Assembly: GCA_963758295.1 (NCBI GenBank)
Contig: CAVWUU010000004.1
Location: forward strand, 1,216,001-1,280,000
Length of the DNA stretch: 64,000 nucleotides
Direction: 5' to 3'
Source of the DNA: Candidatus Eremiobacteria bacterium
GTDB lineage: Bacteria > Vulcanimicrobiota > Vulcanimicrobiia > Vulcanimicrobiales > Vulcanimicrobiaceae
A program made the translations under genes and the position numbers. The notes below the pieces were generated by a model. That model searched no databases. It was not told the origin of the DNA and saw nothing but the letters and a program-made list of their open reading frames with translations. Below, one piece after another: positions 20,257-28,961 of this stretch (within the stretch, counting starts at the first letter, position 1; every line of letters begins with the position of its first letter).

Positions 20257-20988
20257 TTAATGAGGCTTGGTGAGACTGTCGGAGGAGAGCGAGGCGGTTA
20301 CCTCGGTCTTCTGGGTCTGATACTGACCCATGCCCTGGGGAATTCTGGCGATGGTGTACTCGTCGATCGCGGTCGGGACGTTGCCGGCCAAGTCGTACGA
20401 GATCTTCTCGGACGTCGTGCTGGTGGCGCTGCCGCCGCTATGCTGGGACGACGAACTGTCGGAGTCGATCTTCAGAATTCCGTTGTCGTTACTGCGGACG
20501 CGGAAATCCATCTTGGCGCCGTTGTTTCCGTCGCCCACATCGATCGCCCAATGGTTGTTCTCGTCGAGCTTGCTGGGATCCACGAACCCCGGGGCGAGCA
20601 ATCTGACGATGGAAAGTTCTTCGGGCAGTACCGTCAAGTTATGATCGCACGAAGCCGCGGTGCTCGCCCACACCACGCAAACCGCGGGTCCGGCGCGACG
20701 CCGTTCCTGACCCTGCTCGCTGACGCGAACGACAAGCGATTTATCCGACCGCTCGCCCAGCACTTCTACCGTAATCGTCCCCTTATCGCCGTCCGAAGCG
20801 GTGAAATCGCTAACGCCGCTGCCGCCGACCGCGCCCCCGCGCGGGTCGATGCCGGAGTTCAAAACTTCCAAATCGCTCGAAGTGCCGAACGTAAAGTTGA
20901 AGACCATCGTGCGCAGGGGCGGCGGGTCCGCTAAAGCCGTTTGGCCCGCAGCGATAAACGCTGCGAGCGCCAAGACGAATCTCTTCAT
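20257..20988 (-). CDS. Secreted hypothetical protein
   Basis: Signal peptide MKRFVLALAAFIAAGQTALA from ATG 20988; Ser/Thr-rich beta-type body. Confidence 0.8.
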   Translation of the reverse strand: MKRFVLALAAFIAAGQTALADPPPLRTMVFNFTFGTSSDLEVLNSGIDPRGGAVGGSGVSDFTASDGDKGTITVEVLGERSDKSLVVRVSEQGQERRRAGPAVCVVWASTAASCDHNLTVLPEELSIVRLLAPGFVDPSKLDENNHWAIDVGDGNNGAKMDFRVRSNDNGILKIDSDSSSSQHSGGSATSTTSEKISYDLAGNVPTAIDEYTIARIPQGMGQYQTQKTEVTASLSSDSLTKPH

Positions 20989-20998
20989 TGCCCGGCGC

Positions 20999-21157
20999 CT
21001 ACGCGGACGCGTCGACGTTGCCCCCCAAGCCGATCGATGCGGCGAGGAGCGCGGCTTGGCTTTGATCGAGGTTCTGCACGGCTTTGAGAACGCTAACGTT
21101 GAGCGAGCTGCTAACGCTCGCCGCAACCATGCCGGTCTCAATGCTTGAGATATCCAT
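20999..21157 (-). CDS. YjfB-like putative motility protein (52 aa, not in ORF track)
   Basis: MDISSIETGMVAASVSSSLNVSVLKAVQNLDQSQAALLAASIGLGGNVDASA; GGAGGT RBS; MDI start, VSVLK core and LGxNxD end resemble YjfB. Confidence 0.7.
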   Translation of the reverse strand: MDISSIETGMVAASVSSSLNVSVLKAVQNLDQSQAALLAASIGLGGNVDASA

Positions 21158-21233
21158 GGTTAGATGAAACCTCCAACCTTAGTATCGGTACGTTGAGTTA
21201 GGAAGTCCAGCCCCAGCTCAAACGAGGTCGAAG

Positions 21234-21422
21234 ATGAATCCGCTGCTCCAAACGTTCCTGAAAATCACCGCCATCGTGGCAGTCGCCATCGTGGGACTCT
21301 TCATCCTCGCGTTCGTCTTGAAGATCGTCGTCGTGGCAGCGATCGTCGCGGCGGTCGTCGTCGGCGGCATCTTCCTTTACAACCTCATTCGGCGCCGCAA
21401 CGGCGTTTCCGTGAGCCGCTAA
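21234..21422 (+). CDS. Small two-TM membrane protein
   Basis: GAGGT RBS; hydrophobic hairpin followed by RRR. Confidence 0.75.
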   Translation: MNPLLQTFLKITAIVAVAIVGLFILAFVLKIVVVAAIVAAVVVGGIFLYNLIRRRNGVSVSR

Positions 21423-22201
21423 CGGCGTAACCACTCCTCGAGCGCACCGCTTACTCGCGCCGGCTCTTCCATCATCGGAAGATGTCCGCTCGATTCGCAG
21501 ACGACGAGCTCCGCGTCGGGAAACGCCGCCGCCGTTGCGCGTGCGCCTTCTAACGAGATCAAAGGATCTTTTCCGCCGGCCATTACCAGGACGGGCAGCT
21601 CCAGTTCGGGCGCAATGTCAAAGCCTTCGTCGCGCACGGCCATGCCGCGCAGCATCGCGGCGGCGCCGCGGGGCGAAGTTGCCTCCATCAACGCTTTCGC
21701 GCGTTGCGCCACGCCGGCGTCCAGGTCTTCAACGAGCAATTTCGGCGCATACCACTGCGTAATCGGCGCGATGCTCTCTCCTGCTTCGGCCCGGTTTGCC
21801 AACTCGTAACGCGTCCGCGCCATCTCCGGCGAGTCGGCATTGAGCCTGCTGCAGATGAGCGCGAGATGCGAGAGCCGCTCGGAATACATCCGCGCAAACG
21901 CTACGGCGACGAATCCCCCGAGAGAATGTCCCGCAAGAGCGACGCGCTCGAGACCGAGCGCATCGAGCACCGCTGCGATGTCACCGGCGAGTGTTTCCAT
22001 CAGATATGGGCCGTCCGGCACGCTGGATGCGCCGAGTCCGCGCAGATCCGGACGAATGACTCGATAGTTCGCGGAAAGCACTTCAACTTGCGCGTTCCAG
22101 ACCGCGCGCGAGAGTGGAAAGCCGGAAAGCAACACAATCGCATCGCCATTTTTCCCGTCGATTTGCACATCGATCTGCGCGTTGTCATTGATTACGCGCA
22201 T
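21419..22201 (-). CDS. Alpha/beta-fold hydrolase (enol-lactonase-like)
   Basis: LLSGFP, PDLRGLGAS, GHSLGG nucleophile elbow, GGKDPL, SGHLPMMEEP. Confidence 0.92.
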   Translation of the reverse strand: MRVINDNAQIDVQIDGKNGDAIVLLSGFPLSRAVWNAQVEVLSANYRVIRPDLRGLGASSVPDGPYLMETLAGDIAAVLDALGLERVALAGHSLGGFVAVAFARMYSERLSHLALICSRLNADSPEMARTRYELANRAEAGESIAPITQWYAPKLLVEDLDAGVAQRAKALMEATSPRGAAAMLRGMAVRDEGFDIAPELELPVLVMAGGKDPLISLEGARATAAAFPDAELVVCESSGHLPMMEEPARVSGALEEWLRR

Positions 22202-22230
22202 TCGCTCGACTCCGTGATATCACCAAAAAC

Positions 22231-22259
22231 TTGCATTAACGTTCGTAATACTGTATAAG
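22231..22259 (+). promoter_or_regulatory. Sigma70-type promoter of the histone-like gene
   Basis: TTGCAT-N17-TATAAG; GTGATATCAC palindrome at 22214-22223 just upstream. Confidence 0.7.
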
Positions 22260-22312
22260 GTAGGCAACAACCCTGGCTGCTTGCTGGCCAGAGAAAGGAT
22301 GACTCCACGCAC

Positions 22313-22651
22313 ATGGCAGTCAAACGTACGAAGAAAGCAGCGGCTCCTAAACGCGCTGCAAAGAAAGCCGCTCCGAAGCGGAAGACCGCAGCTCGCAAAG
22401 CAACGGGCGCGCGCAAGACCACCCGCAAAAAGACGACGCGTAAGAAATCAACGCGCAAAGCTGCGGGCGGACGCAAGAAGGCAACGCGCAAGGCGACGGG
22501 ACGTAAAAAGACCGCGTCGCGCAAGAAGACGACCCGTAAAGCTGGAGCACGCAAGTCGACCCGTAAAGCGACAGCGCGCAAGACAACCCGCAAGGCGTCG
22601 ACGCGTAAAGCCGCTCCTCGCCGCAAAGCTACCCGTAAGAAAGCCGCATAA
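22313..22651 (+). CDS. Histone H1-like (Hc2/HctB-like) basic repetitive protein
   Basis: 112 aa, 52 K+R, no D/E, repeated xTRK(K) units; AAGGA RBS, own promoter and terminator. Confidence 0.85.
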   Translation: MAVKRTKKAAAPKRAAKKAAPKRKTAARKATGARKTTRKKTTRKKSTRKAAGGRKKATRKATGRKKTASRKKTTRKAGARKSTRKATARKTTRKASTRKAAPRRKATRKKAA

Positions 22652-22676
22652 GCTTCTTCCGGGTTTTTTAATGCCT

Positions 22677-22704
22677 GCGAGCCGCGACAGCGGCTCGCTT
22701 TTTT
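22677..22704 (+). terminator. Intrinsic terminator
   Basis: GCGAGCCGC-GACA-GCGGCTCGC followed by TTTTTT. Confidence 0.9.
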
Positions 22705-22721
22705 ATTTGTGAGCGGAAAGC

Positions 22722-23930
22722 TCAGACGGTGCGGATGAGCGGGGTGAGGAGGTAGACGAGGGCGATGATGAACACGCAAGAGCCTCCCGCGAGAGCGAAA
22801 GCGAGATGGAGGCCGGTAATGGCAGCGAGAGAGCCGACGACGAGCGAGCCGAGAGGGACGACGCCGACGGCGATCATGGTGTAGACGGACATGGCGCGGC
22901 CGCGCAGATCATCGGGTGAGAGTGTTTGCACCAAAGTGTTGGAAGCGCCGAGGAATGCGAGCGTGCCCAGACCGATGGTGAAAAAAATCGGGATGGAGAG
23001 GGCGATCGACCAGATGAACGAGAGCGCGAAAACGCCTCCCGACATGACGACTCCCGCGATCACCCATTGAGTCGAGCGGCGTTCGTGGCCCGCGAAAATG
23101 GCCGTGACGAGTCCGCCGCCGAAACCGCCGATGCCGGCGGCGGCGACCGCCCAGCCGAGCGATCGCGCATCACCATGCAACGTGTTCACGACGAACGCGG
23201 GAATGAGTTGGCTGTAGGGCCGCACCAGAATAGCGCTTATGAAAAACACCACGAAGATCCAGCGTAAAATGGGGTGGTCGCGAACGAACCGCAAGCCGGA
23301 CATGATTGAAGCGAACATCGGCTCGCGGCGCGCCGTTGACGGCGGTGAAGACGCCATCATCGCGACCGCGACGACGACGGCCAGCGTGGCGACGGCGTTG
23401 ACGTAAAACGATCCGGCGACGCCGACCCATACGATGAGTAAGCCGGCAACGGCCGGACCGACGACGGCCGGCGCGTTGAATGCGATGGAATTCAAGCCGA
23501 TTGCATTTCCCACGTAGGGACGGTCTACGAGCATCGGCACCCAGCTTTGACGCACCGGCGAATCGAAAGCGTTAGCCGCGGCGTTGATCGCCGAGATGAT
23601 GATGACGCCGCTGAGATCGAGGCGTCCGAACGAAGAAAGCAGTGCCAGTGCGAGCGCCGCGAGCGACATCGTAACGTTTGTCACGAGCAATACGCGGCGG
23701 CGCGGGAAAACGTCGGCAACGACGCCCGCAATGGGCGAAAGCAAAAGCACCGGCACGGCTCGAGCTCCGCCGATGATGCCCAGATACAACGCCGCGCGAT
23801 GCGGCGATCCCGCTAGTTGAGAAACGAAATAGCCCATCGCGGTGAACTGCATCCACGTTCCGAGGTTCGAAATCATCAGCCCGAACCACATCAAGCGGAA
23901 ATCGCGGAAGCGCAGCGGCGCGAGAATCAC
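22722..23930 (-). CDS. MFS transporter (MFS_3/DUF894-type)
   Basis: LRFRDFRLMWFGLMISNLGTWMQ, AGVVADVFPRRRVL, LRGRAMSVY; about 12 TM; GTG 23930 overlaps the upstream stop. Confidence 0.92.
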   Translation of the reverse strand: MILAPLRFRDFRLMWFGLMISNLGTWMQFTAMGYFVSQLAGSPHRAALYLGIIGGARAVPVLLLSPIAGVVADVFPRRRVLLVTNVTMSLAALALALLSSFGRLDLSGVIIISAINAAANAFDSPVRQSWVPMLVDRPYVGNAIGLNSIAFNAPAVVGPAVAGLLIVWVGVAGSFYVNAVATLAVVVAVAMMASSPPSTARREPMFASIMSGLRFVRDHPILRWIFVVFFISAILVRPYSQLIPAFVVNTLHGDARSLGWAVAAAGIGGFGGGLVTAIFAGHERRSTQWVIAGVVMSGGVFALSFIWSIALSIPIFFTIGLGTLAFLGASNTLVQTLSPDDLRGRAMSVYTMIAVGVVPLGSLVVGSLAAITGLHLAFALAGGSCVFIIALVYLLTPLIRTV

Positions 23931-24535
23931 GAGTGGCTGCGTACCGCGTCGACGATGAGCGACGCACTTCGTTCGGGCCCGAAGGTTGACGTGTCGACGG
24001 CAAGATCGTAGATGTCGAGCTTGCCGAAAGCGACGTTGTACCAATCGCGCAGATGGGCTTCCCGCGCGCGATCGATGCGGTCGATTTCGGCTGCCGCGGC
24101 CTTCGGGTCGATTTGCAGCTCGAAGGCGATACGCTCGATGCGCCACTCTCGCGGGGCGTACATGAAGACGCGCAACACGTCGGCGCGCCGGCCCAAAATC
24201 ACGCCGGCAGCCCGGCCGGCGATAACGACGTTTCCGCGCGCCGCGTAGTCACGCACCGCCTGCTGAACGGCCCGCATGTATTCATCGTCGAACGTTTCGC
24301 CGAACGTCGTCGCCGAAATTTCGGGCGTCGAAAGCTCTAGACTCGAGAGCAGGCGCGCTCCAAGCGAACGGCCCGTTTCGTCGGCCGCGAGCGCTTCTTC
24401 GCGGCTGATCTTCATCCGCTTCGCAACCACGACGGGAAGCTGGCGGTCTACGAATTGATATCCGAGTTCGCGCGCGGCGCGCTCCGCGATAGCGACCGCT
24501 CCGCAACCGTACTGATTGGAGATCGTGACTATCAC
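23927..24535 (-). CDS. Cytidylate kinase-like family protein
   Basis: VTISNQYGCGA, GNVVIAGRAAG, VFMYAPREWRIER, YDLAVDTS. Confidence 0.9.
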   Translation of the reverse strand: MIVTISNQYGCGAVAIAERAARELGYQFVDRQLPVVVAKRMKISREEALAADETGRSLGARLLSSLELSTPEISATTFGETFDDEYMRAVQQAVRDYAARGNVVIAGRAAGVILGRRADVLRVFMYAPREWRIERIAFELQIDPKAAAAEIDRIDRAREAHLRDWYNVAFGKLDIYDLAVDTSTFGPERSASLIVDAVRSHS

Positions 24536-24597
24536 TCCGGCTACATACGCGAGTACGATGGGGCTCCCCCGTCGTGAACGCGAAGGGTTTCGCGGCG

Positions 24598-25605
24598 ATG
24601 CCCATCATCCAGACTAAAAATCTCCGCAAGGTATTCCGCACGGTGCGCCGCCAGCCGGGCGCGCTCGGCGCGATTCGCACGTTATTTTCGCGTGCGTATG
24701 AAGACCGGGTGGCGGTCGACGGTGTAACAATGTCTCTGGAAGCGGGCGAATTGGTGGGGTACATCGGGCCCAACGGCGCCGGCAAATCGACGACAATCAA
24801 AATGCTTACCGGAATTCTCGTTCCGACCTCGGGCGAGATTCAGGTCGGCGGCATAGTGCCCTACGAGAAGCGCAAGGAGAACGGGCGCAATATCGGCGTC
24901 GTCTTCGGTCAGCGAAGCCAGCTGTATTGGGATTTACCGCTCATCGAGTCGTTCGAATTACTTCGAGCGATCTACGCCGTTCCCGAGTCAACGTACCGCC
25001 GCAATCTCGATGAATTCATTCAACTCCTGCAAATGGAAGAGTTCCTGCGTACACCGGTCCGGCAGCTTTCGCTCGGACAGCGCATGCGGGGTGATTTTGC
25101 GGCGGCGCTTTTACACGATCCGCAAATCGTTTATCTCGACGAACCGACGATCGGTCTTGACGTTGTCGCGAAGGAAGCGATTCGCGAGTTCATTGCCCGG
25201 ATCAACACCGAGCGCGGCACCACGATTATTCTCACGACCCACGACCTCGCGGATGTGGAGCGGTTGTGCCGCCGCATCGTGCTCATCGACCGCGGCATCG
25301 TCATTTACGACGGCGACATCGAACGCATCAAGGGCGAGTACGGGCGCTTTCGAACGTTGGTCTTGCGCTTTGCGCAGCCTCCCGCGACGCCGGCGCTCGC
25401 AGGCGCGGAACTCGAAGGCTACGACGGGACGGTCGCCCGTTTCAAGTTCGACCGGAATCGCGAGCGTGCCGATCTGTTGATCCGTCAGGCGGGCGAGCGC
25501 TATAGCCTCGAGGACGTGACGCTCGAAGAACCCGATCTCGAATCGATTATCCGCCGCATCTACATCGAAGGATACGGCCGCCCCGCGGAGGAGACCGTCC
25601 CATGA
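24598..25605 (+). CDS. ABC transporter ATP-binding protein (ABC-2 type)
   Basis: GPNGAGKST, LSLGQRMR, YLDEPTIGLD, LTTHD. Confidence 0.95.
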   Translation: MPIIQTKNLRKVFRTVRRQPGALGAIRTLFSRAYEDRVAVDGVTMSLEAGELVGYIGPNGAGKSTTIKMLTGILVPTSGEIQVGGIVPYEKRKENGRNIGVVFGQRSQLYWDLPLIESFELLRAIYAVPESTYRRNLDEFIQLLQMEEFLRTPVRQLSLGQRMRGDFAAALLHDPQIVYLDEPTIGLDVVAKEAIREFIARINTERGTTIILTTHDLADVERLCRRIVLIDRGIVIYDGDIERIKGEYGRFRTLVLRFAQPPATPALAGAELEGYDGTVARFKFDRNRERADLLIRQAGERYSLEDVTLEEPDLESIIRRIYIEGYGRPAEETVP

Positions 25606-26252
25606 TTTGTTCGAGCGGTACGAAGAGTCCCAAGATTCACGCCAGCGCCTACGTGGCGCCGACCGCTACGGTCAGCGGCGACGTGACGATCGGCGGCGGC
25701 TGTGCCGTGCTTCATGGCGCCGTAATCTCAGCGGAAGGCGCGCCGATCGTCATTGGCCCCGAAACGGTCGTGATGGAGAACACCGTGATCAAATCCAGCG
25801 GCGGATCGGCGTTGCAGTTTCCCGTGACGATCGGCGAGCGCTGCATCGTGGGCGCGCACAGCCTGATCGTGGGAGCGGAGATCGGCGACGGGGCTTTCGT
25901 CGGCGCGGGCGCGCAAATCTACAACACCGTTTCGGTGAAACCACACGAGCACGTCGCTCCGGGCGCGACACTGTCGCCGCCGGGCGACTTCTTCGAGACG
26001 GTTTTCAATCTCGCGAAGAGCGGCGACGTTGCGGCCCGTGCCGCGCAAACGTACGCGCAATTTTTGCGCAAGACGCACGCGCAAGATACGGAACTCGCGC
26101 GGCACGCACATCAAGCGCCGAAACGGCGCGCAATCGACGAGCCGCCTCTAGCCGTGCCCGAAGTCGAAGGCGTGGTCGACGCGATGATGCTCGAGCTGCA
26201 AGAAATGGAACTGCGGCGCCGACAAGCGCTCAAGAAAAACCCGAAGAAGTAA
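25602..26252 (+). CDS. Gamma-carbonic-anhydrase-like left-handed beta-helix protein (degenerate metal site)
   Basis: PKIHASAYVAPTATVSGDVTIG hexapeptide repeats; start and stop overlap both neighbours. Confidence 0.85.
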   Translation: MICSSGTKSPKIHASAYVAPTATVSGDVTIGGGCAVLHGAVISAEGAPIVIGPETVVMENTVIKSSGGSALQFPVTIGERCIVGAHSLIVGAEIGDGAFVGAGAQIYNTVSVKPHEHVAPGATLSPPGDFFETVFNLAKSGDVAARAAQTYAQFLRKTHAQDTELARHAHQAPKRRAIDEPPLAVPEVEGVVDAMMLELQEMELRRRQALKKNPKK

Positions 26253-27043
26253 TGGTCGCCGAGCCGTACCTCGAGTTCGCGAAGAAAGCCTTCGCGCGCG
26301 AAGCGACCTATCGTCTCGAGGTCGCCACCGAAGTAGGCTCGCTCGTGCTCCGAGTGTATTTGCTGCGCTCGCTGTGGACGGCGCTCTACGCCCAAAACGC
26401 GGCGCCGCTCAATCTTCCGCTGCACAGCATGATCACCTATGCAACGGTGGCGATGCTGATGTCGCTGATTCTTGAAGTCGACGGCACCCGGCTCATTCGC
26501 GAAAAGATTCGCGAGGGAACCATCGCAACGGACCTGATGAAGCCGATCAGCGTGCCCATGTACTTCTTCAGCGATGGCGCCGGCCAGACGATGCTGCACG
26601 CGGTGCTTGTGGTTCCGTCGTTGCTCTTCGCACTGTTGCTCGTGCACATCGACGTGCCGCCGCCCGCAACGCTCGCGGCGTTTGCGTTCTCTTTTTTACT
26701 GGGCTACGGCGTTAACTTCTTCGTCAATTTCTTGATGAACTCGATCGCGTTCTGGACGCTCGAAACGTTTGCCATGCAGCTCATAGTCCGTTGGGCTTCG
26801 GATCTGCTCTCGGGGCAAATCATTCCGCTAACGTTTTTCCCGGGAGTTTTCGGCCGCATCGTCTTCGCGTTGCCCTTCGCGGCGATTTACTCCACGCCGC
26901 TGCTCATTTACGTCGGCGTGATCAAACCGGCACAGTGGCCGGCATATTTGGGAGCGCAAGCGTTATGGCTCGTGCTTTTCAGCGGGCTCGCGGCAGTCGT
27001 CTGGCGCGCGGCTTCGCGCCGGATCGTCATTCAAGGCGGCTAA
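26252..27043 (+). CDS. ABC-2 family permease (DUF990-type)
   Basis: About 6 TM; IREGTIATDLMKP, LSGQIIPL, LPFAAIYSTP, C-terminal IQGG. Confidence 0.9.
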   Translation: MVAEPYLEFAKKAFAREATYRLEVATEVGSLVLRVYLLRSLWTALYAQNAAPLNLPLHSMITYATVAMLMSLILEVDGTRLIREKIREGTIATDLMKPISVPMYFFSDGAGQTMLHAVLVVPSLLFALLLVHIDVPPPATLAAFAFSFLLGYGVNFFVNFLMNSIAFWTLETFAMQLIVRWASDLLSGQIIPLTFFPGVFGRIVFALPFAAIYSTPLLIYVGVIKPAQWPAYLGAQALWLVLFSGLAAVVWRAASRRIVIQGG

Positions 27044-27312
27044 TTCTCGACGAAGATTTCGTCGACGTAACACCACCGCCAGTGCTCTCCCGGCTGGAAA
27101 GAGCGGATCACGGGATGATTGGTTTGGTGGAAATGCTTTGTTGCATGCTTGTTCTTCGAGTCGTCACAGCAGCCGACGTGGCCGCACTCGAGGCACAGTC
27201 GCAAGTGCAGCCACTCGTCGCCCATCTTCAGACACTCTTCGCAGCCGTCGGGCGTACGCGGTTGTGCGTCGCCCGCCAACTGCAAATGTTTACATTCCTC
27301 GTTTGCTCTCAT
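27040..27312 (-). CDS. UBP-type zinc-finger protein
   Basis: CKHL, CEECL, HLRLCLECGHVGCCDDSKNKHATKHF, WRWCYVD. Confidence 0.92.
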   Translation of the reverse strand: MRANEECKHLQLAGDAQPRTPDGCEECLKMGDEWLHLRLCLECGHVGCCDDSKNKHATKHFHQTNHPVIRSFQPGEHWRWCYVDEIFVEN

Positions 27313-27316
27313 GCCG

Positions 27317-28049
27317 CTACCCTTCGGCCGCCGGGACGTCCCACAGCAGCAACTCGCCGCTTCCGCGTACGGACAATTTCGAAACGCCGTGCATGCGGAC
27401 CGCATCGCCCGCTTCAAGTCGCTCGCCGTTGGCTTCCACGTTGCCTTCGGCAACGAATAAGAACGCGTACCGCTCGGCGCCGAACTCGCGCTCGACGGTC
27501 GCGTTCTCCAATCGCGAGACGGAGAACGTTGCATCTTGCGTGATGCGGATCGGCGCTTCGATGCCGCTGCGTCCGCTTGCAACGAGCAGCCAACGATTAC
27601 GCCGGGCCTCCTCGTCGAAAGCCTCCTGCCCGTACGAGGGCGGTTCGCCGCGTCTGCCGGGAAGCACCCACATCTGGACGAGGTGCAGCGGCAGGTCTTT
27701 GCGGTTGTTGAACTCGCTGTGACGCACGCCGGTGCCCGCGCTCATGAATTGCACGCCCCCGGGGCCGACGACGCCGTGATTCCCCATACTGTCCTCATGC
27801 GCAAGTTCGCCGGAGAGAACGTACGTGAGAATCTCCATGTCGCGATGCGGATGGGCCGGGAAGCCCGCGCCGGCGGCGACGTAGTCATCGTTGAAGCACG
27901 CGCAACGCGCCCCAATTTAGGTTCTTCGGATCGTAGTAATCGGCAAAGCTGAACGAGTGAGCCGTCTTGAGCCACCCGTGATCGAACCAAGCGCGCTCGG
28001 AAGAGCGCTGAATAGCAAAAATAGGGGCTGTCGAAGTCGATGCGTGCAT
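27317..28049 (-). pseudogene. Pirin family protein (YhhW-like) with one +1 frameshift near 27896
   Basis: DHGWLKTAHSFSFADYYDP...WGALRV then, in the shifted frame, FNDD...HPHRDMEILTYV...MSAGTGVRHSEFN. Confidence 0.85.
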
Positions 28050-28944
28050 GGTTACCGGCTCCTAATCCGCGCGCAACCGGAACAAGGTTGCGGATGCGGC
28101 CGAGCAAGAGATGATAGTACAGCATACCGCGCATCGGGCCGAGGGTCTCGAGAACCCGGTCGAGGTTTACCTCGGGATCCCCCGAGAGCAGTTTGATCGT
28201 ACGCGCAACGCCGGAGTCATTCATCGGAAACGTGTCCAAACGGCCGAAGCCGCGCAATAGCACGACGGCGGCGCTCCAGCGGCCGATGCCTCGGATGTTT
28301 ATCAGCCGGTCGGACGCTTCGGGGGTCGGCAACGCTTCGATCTCTTCTTCCGTCACTTCCCCCCGCACGATCGAGCCGGCGGCAGAACGGAGATGCTGCA
28401 CTTTGTTCTGCGATAATCCCGCTGCGCGCAAGGCCGCTTCGGGCGTTTGAAGCACCGCTTCGGGCGTAGGAAATGCGAAAGCCCCGAGCCCTTTCGCCGG
28501 CGCACCCACCGTTTCGATAGTCCGCCGCATAATGGCGCCGGCGGCGTGAATGCTGATCTGCTGAAAGACGATGGCGTGCGCGCATGCCTCCCACAGCGAC
28601 GCATAGCGCGGCGGCTTTACGCCGCGCACTTCGTGGGCGAGCAACGCCAGCCATGGAATCTTCGCGCTGCGCTCGTACCAATCGGCGAGATCGACGCGCG
28701 CTCCGAGCATCTTCTCGACGATCGGCACGACCCAGTCGTCGCGCTTTTGGCTCGCCTGGACCAAGAGCGTTCGCTCGTCCTGCTGCGTTACCCGAACCAG
28801 CGTGCGCTTTCCACGAACGTCGAAGTAGCGATGGTATGCACCATCCTGCGCAACGATGTCCACCACGTTGGCAGCTAGGCGGCGCAGCGCATCGACGGTG
28901 AGGTCGAGCCGGAAGGGCGGCGCAACGGGGAGTTCTGCGCGCAT
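27742..28944 (-). CDS. alkA: AlkA-family DNA-3-methyladenine glycosylase; natural stop probably near 28062, read-through into pirin as sequenced
   Basis: AIVFQQIS, FPTPE, LRAAGLSQNK, HhH motif IRGIGRWSA, DTFPMND. Confidence 0.85.
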   Translation of the reverse strand: MRAELPVAPPFRLDLTVDALRRLAANVVDIVAQDGAYHRYFDVRGKRTLVRVTQQDERTLLVQASQKRDDWVVPIVEKMLGARVDLADWYERSAKIPWLALLAHEVRGVKPPRYASLWEACAHAIVFQQISIHAAGAIMRRTIETVGAPAKGLGAFAFPTPEAVLQTPEAALRAAGLSQNKVQHLRSAAGSIVRGEVTEEEIEALPTPEASDRLINIRGIGRWSAAVVLLRGFGRLDTFPMNDSGVARTIKLLSGDPEVNLDRVLETLGPMRGMLYYHLLLGRIRNLVPVARGLGAGNHARIDFDSPYFCYSALFRARLVRSRVAQDGSLVQLCRLLRSEEPKLGRVARASTMTTSPPARASRPIRIATWRFSRTFSPANLRMRTVWGITASSAPGACNS

Positions 28945-28961
28945 GTTGAAGCGCATCAAGA

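Noticed and set aside
21181..21215. Possible sigma28 promoter for the YjfB-like gene (ACCGATAC on the minus strand)
   Set aside because: -10 is similar to GCCGATAA but there is no TAAA -35 at the expected spacing
22380..22640. Short recurring DNA units (acgcgcaag / acccgtaaa) suggesting a tandem array or CRISPR
   Set aside because: They are synonymous variants of TRK codons, with no constant repeat and unique spacers
22192..22779. Repetitive alternative-frame and antisense ORFs around the histone-like gene
   Set aside because: By-products of the low-complexity coding sequence; promoter, RBS and terminator fit only 22313-22651
25607..26251. Apparent 478-aa permease with a long N-terminal extension
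   Set aside because: The extension is the off-frame reading of the gamma-CA-like gene; the real start is ATG 26252
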